Positions 13,071-25,967 of a stretch of DNA of 59,949 bases are shown piece after piece. The translations under genes were made by a program, and so were the position numbers. The stretch lies in assembly GCA_045837725.1 (NCBI GenBank), contig JBEWZL010000179.1, forward strand, positions 682,001-741,949. The letters are read 5' to 3'. Origin of the DNA: Vermamoeba vermiformis. Taxonomy: Eukaryota. Below the pieces are notes generated by a model that was given only the letters and a program-made list of their open reading frames with translations, had not been told where the DNA came from and made no database searches. Every line of letters begins with the position of its first letter. The first letter of the stretch is position 1.

Positions 13071-16000
13071 ATGACGGACCAACGAACACTCTCAGTATCG
13101 AGTGGAAACAACGCAATGACAGACGCACTAGCGTCGGATTCAACTGGTAATTTCCGTTTCGAATCCCTTTTACTCCTTCGACGGCAAATTTCAAACAATA
13201 TCGTGACGATTTTTATAAAATTAATACCTGTATACTCATCTATAATACTCGAATAATGCCAATTTCGATGATTTAAATTTATTCGAAGCGTAATCATGCG
13301 AAGATTTTGTCTAATTTATAAATCATGCAGCGGGGCCTGACAGTACCGACTTTCGAAATCTACGAACAAAGAGCTCAGAATTGCCCAATTCAAATATTAA
13401 GAGCGGAGGACTCAAATTAGGCATAAAGGATTCGCACAAATCCGGACCTACGATTCTACCGTCGAGCGAAATTAATTCAGACGTATCCCCTAGGACTAAG
13501 GAACTGTAAGTTGATGCTTACCATGACCATGACCATGTCGAGAAAATTTTCTTGATTTAATGCCGATAATCTTGCGACTTTTCTGGAAGCGAATTGCCAT
13601 TTATAAACAAATCGACGAGTATAATTTTCTAAATTAAAATTATTATCGAGAACGTACTATCATTGGCTGCCAACATAACGGCTATTCCTTCCGTTCGGAA
13701 CAAGCCAAACATTTTTTGCTTCCGTCATTAATAATTTCGACCTTCGTTTCCGACTGCAGTTTATTAATAATTAATATAAGGTATGGATTAAATCCTCCTA
13801 AACGTGCCCCGCCATCGGCACCGAATGCGGGACCAACAACAAGTGATCCAAAGACTTCAGCTACGCTTGGCGGCAAAGTTCCAACTTCACTCGCTAAAAC
13901 CGCGGCACCGCCACCTCCACCACTCACGAGCAAACCTAAGCGATCAATTCCTACACCTGTTCAACCTGGCGCTGGTGCTGCTGGCGTGCAGCCCCCACAA
14001 CAGCCGCAACAATGGACCGCTGCTCCTGCGAAGAAACAGCCCATTGGCTCTTCACCGCGACAATTACCGACACTGCCGCCACGGCCCAACGATCAAATAT
14101 CACCACGGTCCAATCCTAGTGTACCGAAAGTCACGAGCACTCCACCACAATCACCGCGTGACCAACCAGACAGTGGACCGGCAGCTGTACATACTCCCAC
14201 CAAAGCTGTCACCGCTGCACTGACGACACAATTGGCGCAAGCACTGCCCGCGCAGTCAGGACCCAGCTCGGGAAGTCCTACAGCGAGTGCACCGACTTCA
14301 CTTTCAGCCTCAACCAATTCATCTGTTCAAGTCACACCAGCGAGCACTCCTCGCCCTGCATCGAGCGAGCAAACTGTACCTGAGTTAAGCGACGCGGAAA
14401 AAGAGAAGTTGCGTCGTATTGAGAAGAAGAAGGCACGCATTCGAAGTATTTTAGAAGCACACGCAGAAGAGGTGAAGAAACTCGACTTGAACTCTTATGA
14501 CGTCAAGAAAGCCACGCTGTGTCAAAGTGTGATTCGATCGTGGTTCGCGAAAAATGACTTCAAGCTTATGAGTACGTCATTGTTATAATTACAATACTAA
14601 CTGAGTTATTAACAACGTTTGATGTTTAGAGGAACAATTCAACCTTAGAACGCACTTAGTCAAAGAAATTCTGAGCACTGAACAGTTTTATTTGCAATGT
14701 CTCAACACCCTTGTAAAAGTAAGTCAATGTGCTACCCGCCTATTAGATGATTATAATTGACCGTTTCTACGCAGATATTTTTGTTACCGCTTCGAGAGAC
14801 GGGCATTAGGAATGCTCAAGAAGCGTTTATTTCGTTAGACGACGTGCGAATTATTTTTGGTTCAGTGGAAGTCATTTATAACATCAACTCGGAGTTTTGT
14901 AAAAAATTGGAAGAGAAGGTCGCTAATTGGTCCGTGCATCAAAAGATCGGCTCAGTGTTCTTGTCAATCGTAGGTCTTGCTAACAAATTGATTACGTGTT
15001 ACTTACGGCTTTCCCAGGGTCAATTCTTGAAAGTCTACACGCAGTACATTAACAACTATAATCAAGCCATGTCGCGCTTAGAAGAGTGCAAGAAAAACAA
15101 ACTTTTTGCACAGTTCGTGATCGACTGTAAATCATTGCCCAAAGTCGAGTTAGAGCTGCCATCTTACTTGATCATGCCTATCCAACGTATTCCTCGTTAC
15201 CAATTGCTGCTAGACGGCCTTGTTAAAGCCACACCGAAAGACCACCCCGACTACAATGACTTGTCCAATGCTTTGAAACAAATCGTGTCCGTGGCTGATT
15301 ATATGAACGAGCGCAAACGAGATGTCGAGAACATTCTGCACATGACCAACTTGCAAGGCCAAATGATGTACAAAGACGAGAAGTTTGTCGTAAGTAGAGA
15401 CATTCTAGTTTGGAACCCAAGCACGTGCCCTAATCTCGTTTTCTTAGCCTATTGTTAGTCCTACGCGTCGGTACCGAAGAGAAGGAAATTTTGAAGTTTA
15501 TTTTAACGGTGAAAGAAGTCCTTTCGGTTACATCTTCCTTTTCACGGACGCCGTGCTGTTCACGAAGCAAAAGAAGAAAGGTTATTTGTTCTTCTCGCTC
15601 GTGTTATTGAAAGACATCAACGTCACTGAAGGCACCAAAGAAGGTAAGATTACAATACGGCAAAGTATAACAAACGTAGATTTGATTCTGATGCCCTTTG
15701 GAAATTTCATAGAGCGCCCAGCCATTTCACTGCTCCACGAAGTGAACAATTACATGATTGTGTTCCCCGACAAAGACGAGCGACAGTTGTGGATGCAAGA
15801 CATCGAGCCCAAACAAAATCCGCAGCTCGTCGTGCCTTCACGCGAATCAGTTGAAGTTACAACAGCCTTCAAGTGGACCGACCCTGTCTCACCCCGCGGT
15901 AACGTGAGTTCACCGCGCGAATTGTCGCCCAACACTAGTCCCTTAACTGGTGAAGCTGACAAGAAAAAGTAAGTGCACTAGACAGATCTAAAATTGAAAT

Positions 16001-16706
16001 AGAATAGAGTTATGATGCAGCAATCCTTTAGCTTGAAATCTATGAAAGCTAACAAACCATCTTTCGGCTGAACTAACCAATTACTATAATAAGAATAACA
16101 AGTCCTGATAACAGATCAGATCAAACACCGTTTTTGTTTTGCAGGGTGAAAGATAAGAAAAAGGATAAAGAAGACGGAGATGATCCAGAGAAGAAAGAAA
16201 AGAAAAGAAATCGATTTTTGTCGCTACGTCTGTTTAAATCAAGCAAAGACAAAGACAAGGACGAGGATGACTCGCCACCCTCATCAAGTGACAAGCAACT
16301 TACACCTCCACCCAAGTCTACTGAGCCCTCGCCGAGGAAAATGGGCCCTGCCGGCGGTGACTTCAATTTAGAGGCACTAAAACGCGTCGGAGATTTGTTG
16401 AACTCGCAGCCTGGCGGTGGTGACGGTACGTGTCGAGTGGCTATACTTTGATGTTATAGCACGCTAGTCGTAGTGATTACAACGAGGCAAGATACTAACA
16501 ATAATGTCACTCTAGGCCTCCTTAAGAAGGCACCGAGTCGAAGTCGTATTTTCTCGGATAGTGCTGGAAATCAAGCTCCTGGCTCGCCCGAATCCACTTC
16601 GCAACCTAACTCCGCTCCAGGATCTCAGACAACCCTAAATAACAACTTGCTACCAGGTCCTCCTAAACGAATGTTGGGACACAGGCGCGAAACTTCCAAT
16701 CAGTAG
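13071..16706 (+). CDS. RhoGEF (Pro-rich N-terminus, IQ-like motif, DH and PH domains); start uncertain
   Basis: RTHLVKEILSTEQFYLQCL, IFGSVEVI, YTQYINNY and LPSYLIMPIQRIPRYQLLL (DH); FLFTDAVLF...LW (PH); CQSVIRSW (IQ-like). Confidence 0.9.
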
Positions 16707-17274
16707 AGAAAGAAGATTACGCCGTCGTCGAGATCAGATTTGCCATGTTTATAATCAGATAATCTCCCTAATTTTATTTGTACAGTAATTTATTCCTATC
16801 GAATGTTGATTGATAAACAACATCATTTAGAATCATATCATCAGGGGAAACAAGAAGCGTCGGATTTGACAAACTCCGGCTCAGTATTATTTTACAAATC
16901 ACGCCGGACCCTCAATAATGATGTCCGCCATAGTTAATTGATACAGGAAAGTCATTAAATACAGAAACTTCCGCTTTAAACTTTTTTCCGTCAGGCAATC
17001 TCGCCATCTGATTCTTTTTCGGCAACTTCGCCGCGTCGGAGGGTTACCTAGCAAAAGTAGTTGCCTTAATTTATGTTTTTATCCCATTGGCATCAATTCT
17101 AAACGTGAAAACGTGCAGTTGGCCTCGAGTGGTTCAAAATGTCACTCGCGTGTCACACGATGATAAATCAGGATTGTCGGCAGTATTGATTTCAGCGTGC
17201 AGAGATTGACAGTAGACAAGGCTACTTTTACCAAACTATACTGATACATTCGTTTGGTCTGTTGTCTTTCGAGA

Positions 17275-20200
17275 ATGCTAAACAAAGTATTTGGCAAGGA
17301 AGACAAAGAAAAAAAGTTCAAGAAGCGTGTCACTACCTTCCAAACTGATAAAAATCCTTCAAAACGATGGAAGTCATTAATTAAAATTATAGGTAATTAT
17401 TTACAGTCGAAATTCTAATTTTAATGAAATTAAATCCCTAACGTCCGATAACAGAGAAGGAAAGCCCAGAAGATAGGCTTAAATTTTTCCAAGAGAATGA
17501 CGAGGCGGTTATTCTTATCCTCCATACGACAATTGGCGAGCTGGAAAAGGCAAAAGGTATTAGATTGGGACAATAATAGTTTGTGACTCATGTATTTAAC
17601 CCGTTATGCATGCAGAAAAAACAAAGAAAGGACATGAAGCCGATGTGTTACAATTACTCGATGTTATAAAGGCTGCAATAGTGAATCTGCCAACAAAAAT
17701 TAAATCTCGTTGGAGGTCGCAAGATTTATGTACGTAGCCATTACAATGCATAATATGACATCAATTCGTACAAAATTTTCCCACCAAAGAAATTGTTTCA
17801 GAAACAAGTCAACACGCTTTCTAGATCCTATTTCGAATTACCATTTTTAGCCACGATTACCTGACTACAATTTTAATCCAAAATATTTTATTATTACCTC
17901 CGTGTCCTTGATAAAATTGCGAACGGACGGCGCTAAAAATTATACGCGCACATTTCACCTCATACGGCGCGTGGTGAACTAATTCTTTTCTTTTCAACAT
18001 TAGTGAGCTTATTATCGAAGCTGTTGGCCCGTCAAAATAAGCACAACATCCGCATCGTAGCCTACGAAGTCTTATTGCAATACATCGACGTTTTAGTCCA
18101 AGATGGAAATCTCAGTGGATTGGATGAGAGCTTGGAGTTATTTGCAAAAGCGTTTAATATGGCTCCTTTCAGTGCGGAGATGCCCGAAGCCCGCATTAGA
18201 TATCAGCCACCTTCAGCGGATCCAATGCTCGTTTTAGTGCCTTCACCAGCACCTGAAAATATTGAAGAGTCTTGCACCTTCTTGGATGTGTTTTTTGACT
18301 TTTTGACGCAACGTACTGGCAAGGTGTTGGACTTTTGGTTCGAACAACTACGAAGATATTACTTAACACAGCTATACCCCAAAGTCTTCGTCGATCTGAA
18401 GGTGATCCAAAACGATGGTACGTTGCTTAAATATAACCCCAAAATTATTATTTTGTGATATTTTAGATTTTATGTGGAAAAATATGCGCAATTTGCGAAA
18501 TTGCGTTCATCGTAGTTTTGTACGAATATCTTTTATTTGACAGCTGTTGGTGACACGTGTCAACAAAATTGCAACATTACTGCCTTTCCTTATCAACTCT
18601 CCCCAATATCAATGCCAATTGATTCTTTTTGCTTAATACCCTTTGATTTAAAAATTACTGGATAAAATGTGATTTTTGAAACAAAATCTCTAATCGAAAT
18701 TTACGACAGGATACGGCTTCCACAAACGTTGCCCAAATCTATTACAAAAGACGCTCATCGACATGCTCGACAAGCACAAATCGTTGCCGGCCATGTGCAA
18801 CAAACTGTGGGAAGACAACAATGCGCCGGTCATGTTCGAAATCGCGCGTCAGAGCTATATTCTGCCAGTCCAGTTCGCTTCGACAATTAAGAAGTCGATT
18901 CTCCTATTCAAGCACTACTTTATCGTATGTAGCTCTATCATACTCATCGTTTTCAATAATGATTGATACAACCTTGCGTTGCAATGATGGTGAAAAGATC
19001 CGGATCTGACACATTTTCTTTTAGACCAAGAGAGTGCGTGACGATTGCATGAACCAATATTATCAGACCATCGTGAATCAATACGTCAATATCTTCACAC
19101 TTGAGCCTGCAGCCAGCTCTGAAGAATATTTGAGCGTGTTCACTGAACTGTTGAACCAGTACGCGAGTGCTTCATTGACAGCCCCTGGCAGCGTACTACA
19201 AATTGTGCCCCAGACCTGGGAGACCCTGCAAATGAGTCTCTTAACAGGCGCGTTGCACTTCTTTGAGAAATTGAAGGCGATGCGACAAGACAAAAACATC
19301 GAAACTGCCGCTGAAGAGATCATTAGCCACTTGTTCCTCGTGTGGCTGCGATCACCTGTCAACACCGATCAGACCTGGCAATATTTCCACTCGCAGTTCG
19401 TCACTTTGTTGGAACATCCGCAAGCAGTTCGACAATGGAAGGACAAGCTCGTCAAGTTGACCAATATCCTCTGCGAGTTCTATTATAAGCCGCCTGTTTC
19501 TGCAGAACAACAGCAGCAACAAGGAGAAACTCAACCTGCTGAAGAGGGCGCCAATCCAATGGAAGCTACATTGGGCTCGGCATCTCCGCCAACTTCAGTT
19601 GCTCCAACTACACCAGTGAAGGGCAAGGCTGAACCATTTAAATCTAAGTGAGTATTTACATATCGATATTCTACTAGTATTGATCCCAACACCTATTCCG
19701 CGCGAAGCTCTAGATCGATTTATTTTTTGGATTGCTAATTTCTTCGTTTTAGGGACTTCGTTAAAGACTACCTCGGCATCACTTGGAATGAAGTTTATAT
19801 TAAGGAAGTTTGGTTCACTATTCTAAGTAAGTTGCGCACTACATGCTAGTTTACGGATCAGTTCTTGATCTACCAAAAGCAAAATTAATAGTGGCGTTAT
19901 AAACTAACTCCTTTTTCTAAAAGACATTTGCGGAAATATTAATGCTATCAAAACTCCGTACAATTTTGAAGTGGCTATTTCCGCTGTTGCAGATGTCGTC
20001 GACATTTTCTTAGAGAACGAGAAAAAGATTCCTTTGAAAGGTAAATATGACCTTAATAAGTATAATTACTCCGTGCTAATCATATTTTTGTTTAGATGGT
20101 CCTCGCAAAATCCCTCTTATCGAAATCTTTTTGCCCTGGTTACTGCAAGGTTGCTACAGCAACATGTAAGCCCTTAAAACATGGTTCTATGATATGTCAT

Positions 20201-23200
20201 TATATTAATGTGCCTATTTAATATAGAGAACGACAAGGCTTCTATCAAGGCGTAATTTACTCGCTGAGAACTCTTTGCAAGCTGTTCTGTCGTCAACACA
20301 AACAACCACTCTCCATTGACTTGTTGTCGCATTTCTATCGCGTACTAGAAAATGTAAGTACTACTGTCTATTATAAGCCCTGAATAAGCAACAACGAAAC
20401 TTTATCAAACAACTCTCCAAGATCCAGCAGTTCCTAATGAGATGTTTTGTATAGGGCCTTCATAGCGAGAAAGAAACAGTGCGCGACACAGTTCTCACGC
20501 ATGCACGATACATTTTCTCGCTCGGTTTGCCCGGCGCATCAGTCCTAATTGCCGACTTCTTGCGCGAGATTGCCAATGTGTTTTCAAATCGTCCATCGAT
20601 CACCGCGGACATTCAACGCCACTGCATCACCATCCTCAACTCGCTCATCTCGTACCCGCTGCACTACGACGGTGTCAACTTGCCGGACTTTGCAGCACAG
20701 CGTGACATGCCTGCAGCTGATTTCAGAGAATTCCTGTCGAATATGATCTTAGGCGTGTTGAACAATCCTAGCTTGGACGTGATGGCGCGCCAAATGGTCA
20801 TGTGGGGCGTGTGCGTCATGTTGTTCGAAGAGGTGCGCACTGCTCAACCAGGCAATCAGCGCATGCACGTTGTGACTGGTGCACTGCAAATCTTGCTCGA
20901 ACAAATCAAAAGCAAAGACGAGCCCATCGCCATCACCGCCACTGAGGTATTACCAAATATAGTAATGCTGTGTCATTGGTATTGACACGTTCTTCTGTAG
21001 GTCTTGAACAGTTTGACGACATTGATTGACAAGTTCAACGTCTTGGATCCGAATCTTTCGTACTCAGTAGTCTCTATTATTTGCGATAACATCAATTACT
21101 TGATGAATGATGGAAGTGCTTTGTCTTCGAAAGGTATGTCCGTTTGGTTTTAGAAACTTATACTACGGGTGCTAATGCATTGCCATTACAGAGAAAATCA
21201 TCGCCGAAATGTTTTTGTGCTTGACGAGCTGGTTGACAAGCAATTCCAACGTGTTCTTGACCGATCCAGAACTCGCGACCAAGATCTTCCAAGTTGTCGA
21301 GTTTGGCCTGATCGGCAAACTGGTGCGCACTAACATAACATCCATTTATCGATTTTCTATTAACATCCTTTTCAGGGCGTTGATCTAACGAAAAAAGTTG
21401 AGTTGGATCCAGTTTTCAGCCAAAAAGTTGAAGAAGATGACAAGGACGACAAGAAGAAACGCGGCGAGAAGAAGAAAGACAATGCTAGAAACACTATGCG
21501 TGGCATTAGTGTTCAAATCCAATACGAGACGTTGCTCGACAAACTTTCGCGACAACCTCTGCACGGATCCACCGCCATTCAACAAGCAGCTGAACAGTTC
21601 TTATTCACTGTCATCAACTTCTACAACAACTATCCCACGCCTGCCGGTCCTTCTCAAATCGAATCGAGCGAGCCTGATGAGGAAGAGGGTGCTGTTTTCT
21701 TCGCTCACTTCGAACGACAAATTCTCTCAATCTTGCAAAAGTACGCTATTTAGATCACTCTTACCGAGCTTAACAAGTTACGATGTATAAGATACTAACG
21801 AGTTGTATCTAGGGTTGACCCGGCTACTGGCAAGATGATGGCACGATTGACTGTTCGTGATCCGTTCGGCAAGTTCGTGTGGGACTGTGAAGCTGATATG
21901 GCTGATGTCAATGGTCTAGTTGACGCGTCTTATCGCCCGCCTGCTCAGCTTAAGTCACAGAACGCTAGTGGCTTCACACCTGCTGACAACTCTCCGTGCC
22001 CGATCTCCGACGCTTTGACAGGTCTGTGGGGTTCTCACCGCGAAGTATTCGATAGCAAGCTCCCCGCTGCTTTGCACCCTGCTGCAACTCGTCCTGAATT
22101 CGCTTCAGAAGTTACTGCTGGTCGCGGGCTTGTTGACGGTGTTGTCGGTCAAGACACTACCACGCTGCAATCATTCCACGAGACACGTGCTCCCATTGAC
22201 CCCTCAAAGCCCTCGGGTGTGACTCCCACTCACCTTTCAAACTTCAACGCTGGTAGAATGTTCTTGAACTCGCTTGGCTACTTGAACAACTCACACCGCC
22301 GTGGACTTCATTTCATTGAGGACTCAGCTCGTCTGCGCCGTGCCTTGACTGATTTGGACCGTGTCAAAGGTCGCGAGTTGATCAAGGTCGGTTTGGTCTA
22401 CGTGGGCGAAGGGCAAGAAGATCAATCTTCCATCTTGGGCAATGACAACGGCAGTCGCGAGTACCATCAGTTCTTGAAGGGACTCGGCTGGCCCGTTGAT
22501 TTACAAGCTCATCAAGGCTTCAGAGGTGGCTTGCATCTCGACGGCAGTGCTGGTACTGCTGCCCCGTACTACGCCAATGATCGCTTCGAATTGATCTATC
22601 ACGTGGTCTCTTGGATGCCCACGAAGGAATCCGATCCTAAGCAGATCTCAAAGAAGCGTCACGTGGGCAATGATCACGTGCACATTATTTGGAGCGAACA
22701 CAAGCGAGACTACGATCCCAACGTGATTGTGTCGCAGTTCAATGACGCCCATATTGTCATCTACCCGCAGCCTTCCGGTCTCTTCAGAGTGCAAATCTTC
22801 CGCAAAGAGAAATTGAAGCTGTTCGGTCCTCTCATGGACGGCATGCTCGTCAACAAGCAAGTGCTCTCGGACATGATCCGTTTGACAGCTGTCAATGCCC
22901 ACCGAAGTGTCAGATACGGCCAAAAGGGCTATGAAAATCCCTACGTGACTCGTATCAATTACATCCGCGAAGCTACTCGTCGTTACAAACAACCCAAGCC
23001 CAGCGAAGAGTTGTACGCCAAGTTCTTCGGTCTCAAACCCGAGTACCGCACTGCTCAACCCGCACTTCCCAACTCGACTGCCAACTCGACTGCAACGATT
23101 GGCTCATCTTCTCTAGCGACCTCGAACGGCAATGTTCCGCCTCCAAACAGAACTTCTAACCCGGCACAACCTCAGCCTAGCGTGACAAACTCACCGCCAC

Positions 23201-23988
23201 AAGGCAATTTGCAGTCGAATGCACCGTTGCAGCGAGCACCGTCGTCACCAGCCATACCACAGAACTACAGACCTCCACAAGGCACGCCTCCTCCAGGCCA
23301 AGGCGGTGTTCCTCCACAAGGCATGCCTCCTCAAGGAGTGCCTGGTCATCCCGGTATGCCTCCTGGTTTCATGCCTGGTCCACCAAAGGGCTTCGTACCC
23401 GGACAGCCACCTCCACACGGCATGCCTCCAGGTATTCCACCTGGTGCTCAACCGTTGCCTCCTGGCATGCTACCGAAGGGTTTCGTTCCTGGTCAGCCTC
23501 TGCCACCTGGTGTACAGCCTTTACCACCAGGTATGGTGCCTAAGGGCTTCGTGCCTGGTCAGCCACCACCACACGGCATTCCTCCTGGCGCTCAGTTCAC
23601 GATGGCAGGTCCTCCAAAAGGATTTGCTCCCGGCCAACCTCCTCCAGGCATGCAACTGCCACCTGGTGTCCCACCTCCCGGCATGCCCCCTGGAATGCCA
23701 CCCAAAGGTTTCATGCCCAATCCTAACCAAGGCGGCGCTCCCCCTCAAGGCATGCCTCCAGGTCCCGGTCCTAATCAAGGCGGACAGCCTCCCATGACTC
23801 GCGCTGTTTCGACTGGTCAGCTGAACAACCACATGATCAACCAACCTCCAAAGGGATTCATTCCTAATCCCAATCAAGTGCTACCTCCTGGCGTTAAGCG
23901 ACCTCCTGGTCCACCTGGCCCCGGTACTCCTCCGCCAACAGCACTGAACAAATCCGGATCAGTCTCACCTCGACCGAGCAATCAATAA
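17275..23988 (+). CDS. RALGAPA: Ral GTPase-activating protein alpha subunit-like (Rap/Ran-GAP domain) with Pro/Gly-rich tail
   Basis: N-terminus MLNKVFGK..KKRVTTF..KRWKSLIKII. GAP motifs KVGLVYVGEGQED, FLKGLGW, GFRGGL and KKRHVGNDHVHIIWSEH. The last exon is 21813-23988. Confidence 0.85.
23380..23875 (+). repeat. Coding repeat: six PKGF(V/A/M/I)P(GQP/NPN) units in the RalGAP tail
   Basis: Read directly from the translation of ORF 21835-23988. Confidence 0.85.
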
Positions 23989-24120
23989 AACACTCAACAT
24001 GTAATTGTAATTAATAACAACCGACTAACACTAGAAAATTGTTTCATAATAAAACCTCTTTATTAATACATAATTTTTGTTCGATTTTGTTGTTTTTGTA
24101 AAGCGCCGCTAATAAGCTTC

Positions 24121-25643
24121 TTATTTAGCAACAATCTTGGTGTAAACAGCACCAGGATTTAATCGCTCATTGCGCTTCTCTTCGTCATCGTTGGCCAAGA
24201 ACAACTCGTACTCTTGGGTCACTTCGTACCAACCCTTGGGCACATCTACGGTTGTGACCTTTTCGCCCTTGTCTATTCAAACAGAACGTTCTATTAGTAA
24301 CTTACAATAAGTATAGCACGTTAGTCGCACTTACAGAGCTTGTTGAACTCGTTGTAATCGCACAAAGAGATTTTGCCGCCAGACTTGATAGAAGCGAGCA
24401 ATCCACCAGCGCTAGTCTTGGCACGTTTTCTGGGAGTGTAAGTCTTAGGCGTGGCCAATCGACGCTTGCCAGGGGTATTGCTTGCCGAGACAGGAGCATC
24501 TGAGTCGTCACCGTTCTCTTCAGCAGCGGGAGTGGTGGACTGCGAGCCCTTGAACTTGCCGATGAACAAGTCACCGTCTTCCATCCACACGTCACAATCT
24601 TCGGCCTAGCAACACGAAATAACGATAAGTTTGGAGACTATAACAATACGGATGTATTGGTACGTACGACGGTGATGTCAACGATGTTGGTCTTTTTGTT
24701 GTGGAGCTTAGATCGGACTTGGTTGCCGAGCAATGAAGGGAACGAGATCAATTGCTTTTCCTTGCCAGTAGCATCTATCGGCAGCAAATATTAGTACAAT
24801 ACTAGTGCAATATTAAATAGATTATTACCCTCAACGCTGAAGGGGAAAGCTTTGTGAACGATCTCGGATGGAGCCACAACGAGCTTGCCGGAAGGAACGT
24901 TCACCTTAAGCTTGTAAGCCTTCATAGCTATATACCAGAAAAAATATCAGTAAATGTCTCGTCGATCAAGTAAGATCCAAAAACGGATTCCGAAACACAA
25001 CGGAAGATCTCAGCCGATCGAAAGCCATTCTGTGCCGTTCGACAAACTTACTAGGATTGCTGCAAGGGTTCTTGGCACGTACGACAACACCATTGGTCTC
25101 GAAAATGATGTGTTCACCGCACTTGGGGCAAGGCAAACCAGATACGCATCCGTTCTCGAGCGAAGTGAAGTTCTTAAGCGGCTCCTATACAATAGAATAC
25201 TGAGCATTATCATACATAGGCATGTTGTGTATCAATTCGCTTACTTCATCTTCATCGACGATAATGCCGTAGAGTTTATCAAGTTCGTCCGGATGTTTCT
25301 CAAGAGCCGAGAGGAACTTAAAACCTAGAAAAATTAATTTCAATATCTCACCTCGATAGCAGTACTCTTAATCGTAAATGAGGACTAGGAGAACGATTTA
25401 AAATTATTTTAGTAAATTTACAATTTCGTAACGGCCGTGCGTCGATCGACGCAATAAAATCAGATATTTGCTTCAATTAATTTTATACATACCCGCGTGG
25501 GTAAATTCGTATTTAACAGCATCAGGCGAGTGGCCGTTGGCGTCTACTTTGACTACGCCTTTCTCGCAGAGTTCGACCAAACGTTTTGCAGCGGTCAAGG
25601 CCAAGGCCGAGATCTTTTGTTCTCTGCTTTCGCTAGCACCCAT
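24121..25643 (-). CDS. Uncharacterised protein with N-myristoylation motif and CxxC Zn-ribbon; about 8 exons
   Basis: Joined GT-AG exons: MGASESREQK...; LPCPKCGEHIIFETNGVVVRAKNPC; YKLKVNVPSGKLVVA; DCDVWMEDGDL; stop at 24121. Confidence 0.7.
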
Positions 25644-25967
25644 TTGAGTCGATTCGTGTTACTTAATACGGTTGTTAAGTTAATTGAACGGGCTGTAGGT
25701 TCGACAAGTCATTCACAAGACAAAATTTTGACCGACAAAAAGTAACGGTCAAAAACCGATATTTTAATAATTAATTGTTCCACAGCACCTCAATTCGCTG
25801 ATTTAGTTCACAGTGCACGTGTAAATATGAAGCGGTACTTTGTATCAATGTTTGCGCCTTCCATTATTTCAGCAGGTTTTCATCTGATTTTCGCTCTGAT
25901 CGTTCTTCCGCCACGCTTAGAAAGGTCTGAAAAAGTCTTATTGTCAGCAGTATAGCAGTAGTAAGCA

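Larger units (their letters stand above)
740..18562. promoter_or_regulatory. Five intronic copies of the palindrome TGACACGTGTCA (extended E/G-box)
   Basis: Exact copies at 740-751, 1815-1826, 7177-7188, 7470-7481 and 18551-18562, each inside a predicted intron. Confidence 0.6.

Noticed and set aside
17113-17160. tRNA-like A-box (TGGCCTCGAGTGGTTC)
   Set aside because: No cloverleaf or correctly placed T-loop/B-box.
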